Made by a program: the position numbers and the translations under genes. The notes beneath the pieces were generated by a model, which saw only the letters and a program-made list of their open reading frames with translations, made no database searches and had not been told where the DNA came from. DNA of 64,000 nucleotides from Candidatus Saccharimonadales bacterium (GTDB lineage: Bacteria; Patescibacteriota; Saccharimonadia; Saccharimonadales; UBA10212), in the NCBI GenBank assembly GCA_035758565.1, contig DASTXL010000002.1, positions 275,118-339,117 of the forward strand, in the 5' to 3' direction. Positions 47,490 to 55,844 of the stretch are shown here, one piece after another; the first letter of the stretch is position 1; every line of letters starts with the position of its first letter.

Positions 47490-48851
47490 CTACGCTGGTA
47501 AGGCCATAACGGCCTTTTTAAATTGATTACCTCGATCTTTATAATCTTTGAACAAGCCAAAACTCGAACAGCCAGTAGATAGCAGTACTATGTCACCGGC
47601 GTGAGCTCGGGCCTGGGCTTCGGCAACTATCTCAGGCATAGTGGTCAGTCCCTCGGTAATATTGGTGAAACCTCGATCGCGGAGGAGCTTGGCAATTTTT
47701 GGAGCTGTCATGCCGATAGCTATGACATGGCGGACGTTACTTTTAGTAACTGCTCGAGCCATTTCGTCGAACGAGGAGCCCTTATCATGGCCGCCCAAAA
47801 CCATGATTTTAGGTTCAGAAAAAGCCTGCATAGCCACAATAGCCGTATCTGGGGTGGTGCCAAAAGAATCATCATAATAGCGAACACCTTCGAGATCACG
47901 CACAAACTCTAGGCGGTGCTCTAAGCCAGTGAATGAAGCTAATATTCGCCGAACAGCATCTAGGTTATCGGTGACTTGCAAAACAGTGGTTACGGCCGCG
48001 CAAATATTCTGAAGATTGTGCGCACCCAATAACTTAACATCTTCTTTATTAATGATTTTGGTCTTGCCTCCGTCAGAAACAATATCGCTACCGCTATCTA
48101 CGAAAACGCCAGGCGGATGAAAATAAGGAATTTTATGCCCGGGCGAGTAGGCGGCAATCTTCGCGCTCAGCTTGTTATTGGGGAAGAATATAGCAATATC
48201 ATCGGATTTTTGATGACGGAAAATATTAGATTTGGCCTCTACGTAATCATCTATGTCGTGATGCCACTCCAGGTGCTCCGGTGTAATCATCAGGCATACG
48301 GCTATATGAGGGCTATAGGGGAATTTATACAGCTGGAAATTAGCCAGCTCCAGCACCACCCAGTCGTCTGATTTAACTTCTTTCACGAAGTCTAAAACAG
48401 GTCGGCCGACATTGCCGCCAAAATGAACCGATTTGCCGGCGGCTTCAAGCATTCGAGTAATTAAGGTAGAAGTCGTGCCTTTGCCCTTGGTGCCGGTAAC
48501 ACCTATAACATTTTTGGTGGCTACTGTTTCAAAGAAGATGTGCTGGTTGGTGGTGGCTTTTTGCCAAAACGAATGGTCATCTGGAAACAGCTTCTCTAAA
48601 TTCTTACGTGCTACAGGGGTGTATACGATTTTGTCGCAATTTTCTATATCATTTAAGTAACTTAAATCAGAGATATTGCCGGTGAGGCCCGGTGGCCTGC
48701 CCCCGCTCAGGTACTTAACCTTAATCTTGGCCGATTCTTCAGGAAAATCATCAAGAGGTGTCTCGTTAACAATCAAATACTCATGATTCGGGCCAAAATA
48801 ATTAAAGGCGCTTTTTCCCTCTAAGCCCCAACCGACAATACCGATCTTCAT
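47490..48851 (-). CDS. murD: UDP-N-acetylmuramoylalanine--D-glutamate ligase
   Basis: GVTGTKGKGTT P-loop, Mur ligase middle and C-terminal domains. Confidence 0.85.
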   Translation of the reverse strand: MKIGIVGWGLEGKSAFNYFGPNHEYLIVNETPLDDFPEESAKIKVKYLSGGRPPGLTGNISDLSYLNDIENCDKIVYTPVARKNLEKLFPDDHSFWQKATTNQHIFFETVATKNVIGVTGTKGKGTTSTLITRMLEAAGKSVHFGGNVGRPVLDFVKEVKSDDWVVLELANFQLYKFPYSPHIAVCLMITPEHLEWHHDIDDYVEAKSNIFRHQKSDDIAIFFPNNKLSAKIAAYSPGHKIPYFHPPGVFVDSGSDIVSDGGKTKIINKEDVKLLGAHNLQNICAAVTTVLQVTDNLDAVRRILASFTGLEHRLEFVRDLEGVRYYDDSFGTTPDTAIVAMQAFSEPKIMVLGGHDKGSSFDEMARAVTKSNVRHVIAIGMTAPKIAKLLRDRGFTNITEGLTTMPEIVAEAQARAHAGDIVLLSTGCSSFGLFKDYKDRGNQFKKAVMALPA

Positions 48852-48940
48852 ATGTATTCCAATGTTAACCCTAATATCTTAGCTTAGTCTAGTTAAGACT
48901 CTTATGCTTGCCAACAAATACTGGTTGCTATACTCTAATT

Positions 48941-49597
48941 CTTGGCAAAAAAGTCGTAGCTATGAAGCTCCTTAACGCCAGTTGAGCGCACGGAAACCCC
49001 GTTCGCAGCTCCTTAAGGAATCGGACTAAAAAATTCAGCGCGGGGGAGGTAGCTTTGCGGGCAGTTAAGAGCCGTGGAGCCTAACGTCGTAGACACCAAC
49101 CACACGCTGATGTAGCAGAGTAGGGCTCGCAACCCGGATCTCTGCTCCTCGGAGGGGCGACAGCTAACTTTCTGACTTTCTACGCCCGTCAGGGACAGGA
49201 GAATGATCAGTAGTGGGCTCGGTCGCCCCTCCAAAGGCTTAAAATTCCTTCCGGTAGGGGGTGAACTGACGGCATCAGTGACCCCCGAAAGACCCTGTCG
49301 GAGGGGATCTTCCTCGATGGGGCGGTTCTGTGGCGTTCCCTCCAGAGCTGCTGCTTGAAGGGACATCGAGGAAGCGCCGCGGTTCGTGGACGGGAGCTGA
49401 CGCCACTCTCGTCCGCGACCGCGGTCTATAATTCGAGCTAGAGCTCGAGCAAGACCGCAGGTCGGCTGTAGCGAAAGCGACAGGGGATCAGACCCCTCCA
49501 CCTGCTTCGTCAACGCTCGCCGGCCTGCGGCTCCAACCGTGAAACTAAAGTCCGATTCCTTTCTTCACACCACCCTATCAGGGTGGATCTTTGATTT
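48941..49597. ncRNA. candidate large structured noncoding RNA (or a long structured leader of murD); identity unknown
   Basis: GC-rich with no credible ORF and many local hairpins. 13-bp long-range helix (49015-49027 with 49549-49561). Extended -10 TGcTATACT at 48926-48934 and a + strand hairpin plus U-rich tract at 49570-49597. Confidence 0.35.
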
Positions 49598-49680
49598 ATA
49601 GACCGCTTAACGCTTGTGCTTCATACTTAAAAGTGGTGAAAACTATTGACATATTTTAGTGCTTGTGGTAAAGTATTGAC

Positions 49681-49866
49681 ATCCTCGCTTCTTAGGCGAT
49701 GAGGTGGAAATCTCTACGAGGCAATAAGGGCAACTTTAGAGCTTCGGAAGCCTTCGGCGGGTGAGGTGCAAGCTTAACAAATCGGATCATGAGAGTTCAG
49801 CTTGAACTCTGCCGCCAAGTTAATAAAAACGTTCAAGAGCTTATATATCGTAAGCTCCGTTTTTGT
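49681..49866 (+). ncRNA. candidate small RNA (promoter-to-terminator unit of ~185 nt)
   Basis: TTGACA-17-TAAAGT at 49646-49674; intrinsic terminator gagcttatatatcgtaagctc plus T-run at 49837-49865; no ORF. Confidence 0.3.
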
Positions 49867-50051
49867 ATTTGGCGGTTGTTTAGCTAGAGCTAACTTTTCG
49901 CATACATTTTAAGGGTCACCAAGTAGAGCTAGCGTTACAGACGATAAATAATTGTCGTTTGTAGCGCTAGCTCTCCACTCCGGAGCGCAAGCAAAAGAGT
50001 GCGGTGACCGGGCCCGGTCACCGCACTGTTCATTCGACCAGGAGGTGCACG

Positions 50052-51287
50052 ATGGGCCACAAGTTGCACAGCATCAAGAGGTCCGCGGCCATCACCCTGG
50101 CCGTCGCGATCCTCGCCGTTCTCGGAGCCGTCGTCGCCATCGAGGCGCCGACGTCGCACGCTGCGACGGCCTCGGCCGCCCCGGCGTCCGCTCAGCACGT
50201 GATGGACTCCACGTGTCCGGTGCAGTTCGCTGCGCCGATCTACACCTGCGAGATCCAGCCGGTCGGGGTCAAGACGAACAAGTCGTCGAGCTCGACCTCC
50301 CACGTGCACGTCACGACGAAGAAGAACACCACCGTGACTCTCACGATGGTGAAGCGGTACGAGAAGATCAAGCACGTCCGCGTCGCCATCAACGGCGGCG
50401 CTCCCGTCAAGACGGGCTGCGTCGACCCGACGAAGATCAAGTCGTGGAACTTCCACGACGGCGACTCCTTCTACAACGCCGACAAGTTCCACCGCGAGCT
50501 CCCGGACACCTGGGAGAGCGGCTGGGAGATCTGCGGCGCCCATCCCGTGCGCAACTGGCACGGGCACCCCGGCCTGTACGAGGTGGGCAAGAAGAAAAAC
50601 TGCCGCAACACGCCGATCGCCATTCCGATCCAGGAGCAGGAGATCGCCGTGCCGCAGAAGGTCGTCGAGATGACGAAGACGCAGTTCGTGTCGAACTTCG
50701 ACCGCGTCGTCAAGAAGTCATCGACCTCGACCAGCACGAAGGACGTCGAGTACTACTGCCGCACCGCCGGGTACAACCCCGGCGTGGTGAACGGTCGCGA
50801 GGTCTGCTACCACGTGGTGCAGATCCCGGTCGGCACCACGCCGACGACTCCGACGGGCACGATCGTGTGCAGCAACATCGGCAACAACAACGGTGGCAAC
50901 TGCAACACGAACACGACGACGACCGTGGTGACCACCACCACGACAACGCCGTCGCAGTCGCCGAGCTGCACGCTCAACCTGGCCGAGAGCAAGGGCAACC
51001 AGAACGCTCAGGCCTCGGTCAACACGACCGGCGGTTCGGCCACCTTCGTCCAGTTCACCTGGGGCGACGGGGCGACGGACCAGGGTTCGTTCGTGTCGGC
51101 GACGCACACCTACGCGACGCCGGCTCCGGCTCCCGCCGGGACGTACGTGACCTACACGATCACCGCTCGCGCGGTGATCGGCGGCAACTGGTTCGACTGC
51201 GGTCACCGCGACTACAAGGTCGCGGCACCGCCGACGAACCCGACGGGGACCAACCCCGACGGGCCTCCCGGTCTGCCGAACGGCTAG
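50052..51287 (+). CDS. secreted Cys-rich protein with a C-terminal PKD-like domain, encoded in a high-GC island
   Basis: AGGAGG RBS 6 nt upstream. Signal peptide ending SHA|AT; FTWGDGATD...HTYATP...GTYVTYTITAR PKD-like motif. About 9 in 10 codons end in G/C. Confidence 0.65.
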   Translation: MGHKLHSIKRSAAITLAVAILAVLGAVVAIEAPTSHAATASAAPASAQHVMDSTCPVQFAAPIYTCEIQPVGVKTNKSSSSTSHVHVTTKKNTTVTLTMVKRYEKIKHVRVAINGGAPVKTGCVDPTKIKSWNFHDGDSFYNADKFHRELPDTWESGWEICGAHPVRNWHGHPGLYEVGKKKNCRNTPIAIPIQEQEIAVPQKVVEMTKTQFVSNFDRVVKKSSTSTSTKDVEYYCRTAGYNPGVVNGREVCYHVVQIPVGTTPTTPTGTIVCSNIGNNNGGNCNTNTTTTVVTTTTTTPSQSPSCTLNLAESKGNQNAQASVNTTGGSATFVQFTWGDGATDQGSFVSATHTYATPAPAPAGTYVTYTITARAVIGGNWFDCGHRDYKVAAPPTNPTGTNPDGPPGLPNG

Positions 51288-51553
51288 TCAACCAGGCAAC
51301 GGCTGGGGCGGGCGTGAAGCCCGCCCCAGCTCGCGCCGATTGTGTGTGAAGGGTAATAAGCTCGCTGAACCAAAGCGAGTGGGGTGGAGCGCGGCTTTTT
51401 AAGTCCTGCGTTCACCCCTCTCTCAACCCAAAATGGATTCTCATGATCCGATTGTTTCTTAGGCTCGCCTCGGGCGAACATTAAAAATTTGAAGCGAACG
51501 GTTAGTCAAAAAATATTACAGATTTAATATGAAATTTAAGAAAGGATACAACT

Positions 51554-52603
51554 ATGCGCAAACTTAGTTTTAAGCGACTTGGTCTTTATGCCGCTATTCC
51601 TGCTGTTATTGTGGGTGTAGCTGCTATAGTTTCTGCCGCTGCTACGTTTGGCCCGAGCCGCCCAACTTTTACTTGGGCAGACCCAGCTAACTACATCACT
51701 TTCAACTCCATCACGGATAATCCGACATGGGGTGATGAACGTCAGCTTTTGAAAACTCGTGATTTAAACTCTAGCACCAGTGCATATTCGACCTCTACTC
51801 AGGTTACTGATGGTGAAGACGTTGTTTTGGCTGTTTACTTCCACAACAACGCCGCTACCTTTCTTGGCCTGAGCGCAACCAACACCCAAGTTAAAATAGT
51901 TCTTCCAAGCGGCTCTGCTTCCACCCAGACCGCCACGGCCTATATCTCTGCCGACAATGCTAATCCAGCTCAAGTTTGGGCCACAGCCGAGTTAACTAAC
52001 GCTCAGCCTTTCAGCCTTACCTATGAGCCTGGTACCGCCAAGCTTTACACTAACTACGTTAACGGCATCGCTTTGAGCGACAACGTTGTTAATGGTGGTA
52101 CTCTAGTGGGCAGCAACGGTCCCGACGGCAAGGTTCCTGGTTGTGCTCAGTTTAGTGGCTACGTAACTATTCGCGCTAAGGTCCATGTACAACCAGTGCA
52201 ACAAACCTTTAGCGCTACCGCCACCGCTAGCGCCACCGCCAGTGCTTCTGCCAAGGCTACTTGTCCGAACACCGGCGCAAGTGCCAGCGCTACAGCTAGC
52301 GCCTCAGCTTCTGCAACAGCCACAGCTACATCTAACGTATCTCAGGCCGACGCTCAGTCTAAGGCCCAGAACCAGGCCCAGCAACAGGCCAACGCCAACG
52401 CCCAGGCTAAAGCTAAAGCAGATGCCCAGGCCAAGGCCAACGCCTCTGTCAATTGTTCGACTCCGGTAACGACCACAACTTCTACACCTAAGCCAACGGC
52501 TTTGCCGAACACTGGTGCGGGTGACGTGGTTGGTCTGTTCAGCGGCATCAGCACTGTTGGCGCCGCCGGCCACTACATCGTTAATCGCCGTAACCGTCGC
52601 TAA
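51554..52603 (+). CDS. LPXTG-anchored surface protein
   Basis: Signal peptide, low-complexity Ala/Ser/Thr/Gln stalk, C-terminal LPNTG, hydrophobic stretch, then RRNRR. Confidence 0.75.
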   Translation: MRKLSFKRLGLYAAIPAVIVGVAAIVSAAATFGPSRPTFTWADPANYITFNSITDNPTWGDERQLLKTRDLNSSTSAYSTSTQVTDGEDVVLAVYFHNNAATFLGLSATNTQVKIVLPSGSASTQTATAYISADNANPAQVWATAELTNAQPFSLTYEPGTAKLYTNYVNGIALSDNVVNGGTLVGSNGPDGKVPGCAQFSGYVTIRAKVHVQPVQQTFSATATASATASASAKATCPNTGASASATASASASATATATSNVSQADAQSKAQNQAQQQANANAQAKAKADAQAKANASVNCSTPVTTTTSTPKPTALPNTGAGDVVGLFSGISTVGAAGHYIVNRRNRR

Positions 52604-52811
52604 GCCTTAAGTAGCTGATCTTGTGGATAAGCATTTGCGCTTTACGCAAGATTATGCTAGGGTGGGTTTAGTACGAAGAGTAATCGTGACTGACCGCTCT
52701 TAAAAACAAAATTTAGCCATTAATCCCTCGAACACGTGGTGAGGACGTGCCTCGGGGGATTTTTGGTGCCAGAGAGGAGTTAATGTGATAAAATCTCTCT
52801 GTTGTTTTAAT

Positions 52812-52918
52812 CAGAAACATAAGACAAGTAATTGTCTTGCTTGTGTTTCTGGAAGGAGCAATCTAGCGCTAGGCGAAATTTTATTTATAAAATAGAGCAA
52901 GCGTGTAAATTGCGACGT
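52812..52918 (+). repeat. structured tRNA 5' leader element, copy 8 (variant hairpin 2)
   Basis: Hairpin with agacaagtaattgtcttgct apex, GAAGGAGCA, GCGC, CGAAATTTTAT-tta-ATAAAAT, GCGTGTAAATTGCGACGT. Confidence 0.7.
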
Positions 52919-53133
52919 GGTCCCATCGTCTAGCGGTTAGGACACCGGGTACCTTCACCCCACAAAACAAGTTTTGCGGGGACCCCGATCATTCCGGCAA
53001 CAGGGTGAGAACTGCCATTTGGCAGTTCGCAAGGCCACAGGCGCGACGGCGCCGAGGAGGGCCCGACCGAATTTTCAGCAGAAAATTACGGGTGGGTCGA
53101 TTCCGAATCGAACGTATACAATTAGTCGACAAT
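52919..53133 (+). pseudogene. disrupted tRNA-Glu copy: intact 5' half, then degenerate pieces of the remainder separated by hairpin-containing inserts
   Basis: 52919-52950 is identical to 53134-53165. CATTCCGGCAACAGGGT and GGGTCGATTCC match later parts of tRNA-Glu. Confidence 0.55.
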
Positions 53134-53208
<75 letters not shown>

Positions 53209-53210
53209 CG

Positions 53211-53241
53211 AAAAAACCCGATTCTTGCAGTCGGGTTTTTT
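53211..53241. terminator. bidirectional intrinsic terminator
   Basis: aaaaaacccga-loop-tcgggtttttt between tRNA-Glu (+) and the KGG gene (-). Confidence 0.7.
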
Positions 53242-53258
53242 CGTTGGTCAAGCAGGAA

Positions 53259-53462
53259 TTATCTGGTGCGCCGGGATGCTTTGCCGCCTAGCCGCCCAGC
53301 ACGAGCGGCTTTTTCGCGATCGTTCTTGAAGTTGCCGCCGCTGGCCGAGCCGCCGCGGCTGGCAATTTCGCGCTGTTTCTTAGGGTCCATCGAAGCAAAG
53401 CCTCGATTACTCGTTCCGCTGCGCTGGCCAGCAGTGTCATCATCATCGTTGTTATTTGCCAT
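53259..53462 (-). CDS. KGG-repeat general stress protein
   Basis: GFASMDPKKQREIASRGG ... AGRLGGKAS. Confidence 0.65.
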   Translation of the reverse strand: MANNNDDDDTAGQRSGTSNRGFASMDPKKQREIASRGGSASGGNFKNDREKAARAGRLGGKASRRTR

Positions 53463-53617
53463 TTAGGTCCTCCTCTCTTAGTGAACTCTAATATAGTCCA
53501 AAGCCTTTTGGCCGACTATAAACTTTCTAACGGTACGTGCGTAATGTAGTTAACAGCTCGTATTTTGGTAGTGCTTAAGGTTTTGTATACTTATAGTTAA
53601 GAAATGGTGGGAAAAAC

Positions 53618-54922
53618 TTGAGTTTTAATAAAAAAACAATCCGTGATGTGGACTTAAAGGGCAAGCGGGTGTTGCTCAGAGCGGACTACAATGTTCCCTT
53701 AAAAGACGGGCTCATCCAGGATGATTACCGGTTGCGCCAGTCCTTGCCGACCATTAAATATATTCTTTCCAAAGAGCCGGCTGCCTTGATTATTATGTCC
53801 CACTTGGGGCGTCCAAAAGGCCAGCCGGATCTCAAATATAGCCTTCGACCAGTAGCCAGACGATTGGCCGTTTTACTTGGTCAGCATGTGGAATTTACCG
53901 GTGACTACCTGGGCCCGCCAGCATCAAACGGTCTCGCCAATCTAAAAAACGGCGGGGTGGCTTTGCTGGAAAACCTTCGCTTTCACCCAGAAGAGGAGGC
54001 AAATGATTCGGCGTTTGCTAAAGAAATTGTGGCTAGCACCGGCGCGGAAGTTTTCGTAGCCGATGGTTTTGGCGTAGTGCACAGAGCTCATGCCAGCACA
54101 GAGGCTATTACCAAGTTTTTGCCATCGGTGGCCGGTCTTTTGCTAGAAAAAGAAGTCGATACTATTACCGAAGTTATGGCTAATCCCAAACGGCCGTTAG
54201 TGGCCGTAGTTGGCGGCGCCAAAATCAGCGATAAAATCGATGTCCTCAACCGTTTAATAGAGATAGCCGACTGCGTAGCGGTTGGCGGCGCTTTGGCCAA
54301 TGACTTTCTGCGAGCCCAACGAATTGGTGTGGGTGCTAGTTTGTGCGATGACGCCTCGCTTGGAATCGCTAAAACCGTTCTACTGCAGGCAGCGCGCACC
54401 GAACGTAAACGTAACTTTAAATTCTTAGTTCCTGGTGATGCGGTTGTGGCCAAAAAGGCTGACGGCAGAGCAAAAACTCGTATAGTAGACCTATTTACGC
54501 ACAGCGTGGCCGACATAGAGAACTATCCTAAAACTCCCAATCAAAAGTCGCATACCATTCAAAAAGACGAAATGATTTTAGACGCCGGTCCGGTGAGTGC
54601 GGCGCGGATTGCCGGTGCTATAGACATGGCCCAAACCGTAATTTGGAGCGGAACGCTCGGAGTGACAGAAGTTAAGGGAATTGCCGGAGCTCGTGACCCG
54701 TTTGGCCACGGTACCCGAACTATAGTTGAAGCCATGATTGGCGATAGCAATACTCACGCCAACAAACCCTTTAGCGTGGTTGGCGGCGGCGACACGGTAG
54801 CTTACGTGGAGTCTCAGGGTTTGGTGAGCGACTTTAATCATGTTTCGACAGGCGGCAGTGCCAGCTTGGAGCTAATGGCTGGTCGCAAGCTGCCGGGCGT
54901 GGAAGCACTGGAGAATAAATAA
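53618..54922 (+). CDS. pgk: phosphoglycerate kinase
   Basis: RADYNVP, SHLGRPKG, GGGDT; TTG start. Confidence 0.9.
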   Translation: MSFNKKTIRDVDLKGKRVLLRADYNVPLKDGLIQDDYRLRQSLPTIKYILSKEPAALIIMSHLGRPKGQPDLKYSLRPVARRLAVLLGQHVEFTGDYLGPPASNGLANLKNGGVALLENLRFHPEEEANDSAFAKEIVASTGAEVFVADGFGVVHRAHASTEAITKFLPSVAGLLLEKEVDTITEVMANPKRPLVAVVGGAKISDKIDVLNRLIEIADCVAVGGALANDFLRAQRIGVGASLCDDASLGIAKTVLLQAARTERKRNFKFLVPGDAVVAKKADGRAKTRIVDLFTHSVADIENYPKTPNQKSHTIQKDEMILDAGPVSAARIAGAIDMAQTVIWSGTLGVTEVKGIAGARDPFGHGTRTIVEAMIGDSNTHANKPFSVVGGGDTVAYVESQGLVSDFNHVSTGGSASLELMAGRKLPGVEALENK

Positions 54923-55061
54923 CCATAATCGTGTACAATAGGCTTAAGAGCGCTTACGCTTATGAGACAAACCTATGGTTTTTCTCATCGCTCGTCGGCA
55001 AAGCCGACCCATACACGGGCAAGCTCGCCGCTCTTTTCCTTTTATTAAAAACGAGTGGGCA

Positions 55062-55844
55062 ATGAGGAAGATATTAATTGCTGGGAACTGGAAAATGCAC
55101 CTGAATACTCATCAGGCCAGTGTTTTGGTGCACCGGCTCACAGAGAATATTCCGGTTCATAAAAACGTGGAAGTGGTTTTGGCACCTAGCATGCTGAGTT
55201 TGCAGCCATTGAGCGTTCAACTAGACCGCCGGAAATTCCGCTTGGCTGCGCAGAACGCTTATTTTCGTGACGAGGGTGCGTTTACCGGCGAAGTTAGCTT
55301 CACGATGCTGCGAGATCTAGTCCACTACGTCATCGTTGGCCATAGCGAGCGGCGTCATATCTTTAACGAAGATTTGCCGATGATTCGCGACAAAGTCGCA
55401 GCTGCCGTACGCAATGAAATCACGCCTATTCTGTGTGTCGGCGAAACCAAACAAGAAAAAGACGACGGCGAAACCAAACAGGTGCTGCACGACCAACTCA
55501 TGACAGCTTTATCAAACCTGACAGCTGACGAAGTGGCGACCTCGGTTATTGCTTATGAGCCCGTTTGGGCTATCGGTACGGGCGATATTGCCAAAGCGGC
55601 CGAGATCCAACCAGTCGTTAACTATATCAGGGATTATGTTAAAGATATTTTTGGCGAACGGGCAGCTAGCGAGATACAAGTACTTTATGGCGGCAGCGTA
55701 GTGCCCGAAGTCATTCATGGATACTTAGACATAAAGGGAATAGATGGCTTTTTGGTAGGTGGTGCCAGCCTCAACTATCATGATTTTTCGAAGATTGTCG
55801 AAAATGCTTACCGATGGCAGAGAGACAAGGGCGGGGAGGATTAA
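55062..55844 (+). CDS. tpiA: triosephosphate isomerase
   Basis: AGNWKMH, GHSERR, AYEPVWAIGTG; ATG at 55062. Confidence 0.9.
   Translation: MRKILIAGNWKMHLNTHQASVLVHRLTENIPVHKNVEVVLAPSMLSLQPLSVQLDRRKFRLAAQNAYFRDEGAFTGEVSFTMLRDLVHYVIVGHSERRHIFNEDLPMIRDKVAAAVRNEITPILCVGETKQEKDDGETKQVLHDQLMTALSNLTADEVATSVIAYEPVWAIGTGDIAKAAEIQPVVNYIRDYVKDIFGERAASEIQVLYGGSVVPEVIHGYLDIKGIDGFLVGGASLNYHDFSKIVENAYRWQRDKGGED

Noticed and set aside
49013-49513. 166-aa ORF on the minus strand in the GC-rich region upstream of murD
   Set aside because: The translation is R/G/P/S/L-rich with no domain-like pattern and no RBS. Long open frames are expected by chance in GC-rich sequence, so the region is treated as noncoding.
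48941-49597. Possible RNase P RNA, group II intron, SRP RNA or tmRNA identity for the structured region
   Set aside because: No GAGGAAAGUCCGG / ACAGAAnCCGGCUUA pair in the correct order. No domain V-like 34-nt hairpin with an AGC triad. The GTCAGG..GGA stretch only loosely resembles SRP helix 8. tmRNA is found elsewhere (62621-63011).
49690-49720. Fluoride (crcB) riboswitch-like GGCGATGAGG ... CTCTAC
   Set aside because: Only the two outer segments match. The internal pseudoknot-forming segments are absent and no crcB-type gene follows.
49935-51349. Alternative-frame ORFs in the second island (49952-51349 plus; 49935-50567, 50710-50946 and 50718-51206 minus)
   Set aside because: Same reasoning. 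Only 50052-51287 has an RBS, a signal peptide, G/C-ending codon bias and a domain-like motif. The 50004 start lies inside the 30-bp palindrome.
52185-52470. Apparent tandem repeat (GCT/GCC/AGC/ACC-rich) and the overlapping ORFs 52185-52469, 52304-52573 and 52354-52554
   Set aside because: This is a low-complexity Ala/Ser/Thr/Gln stalk within the LPXTG protein. There is no exact DNA period, and the overlapping ORFs are frame artefacts.
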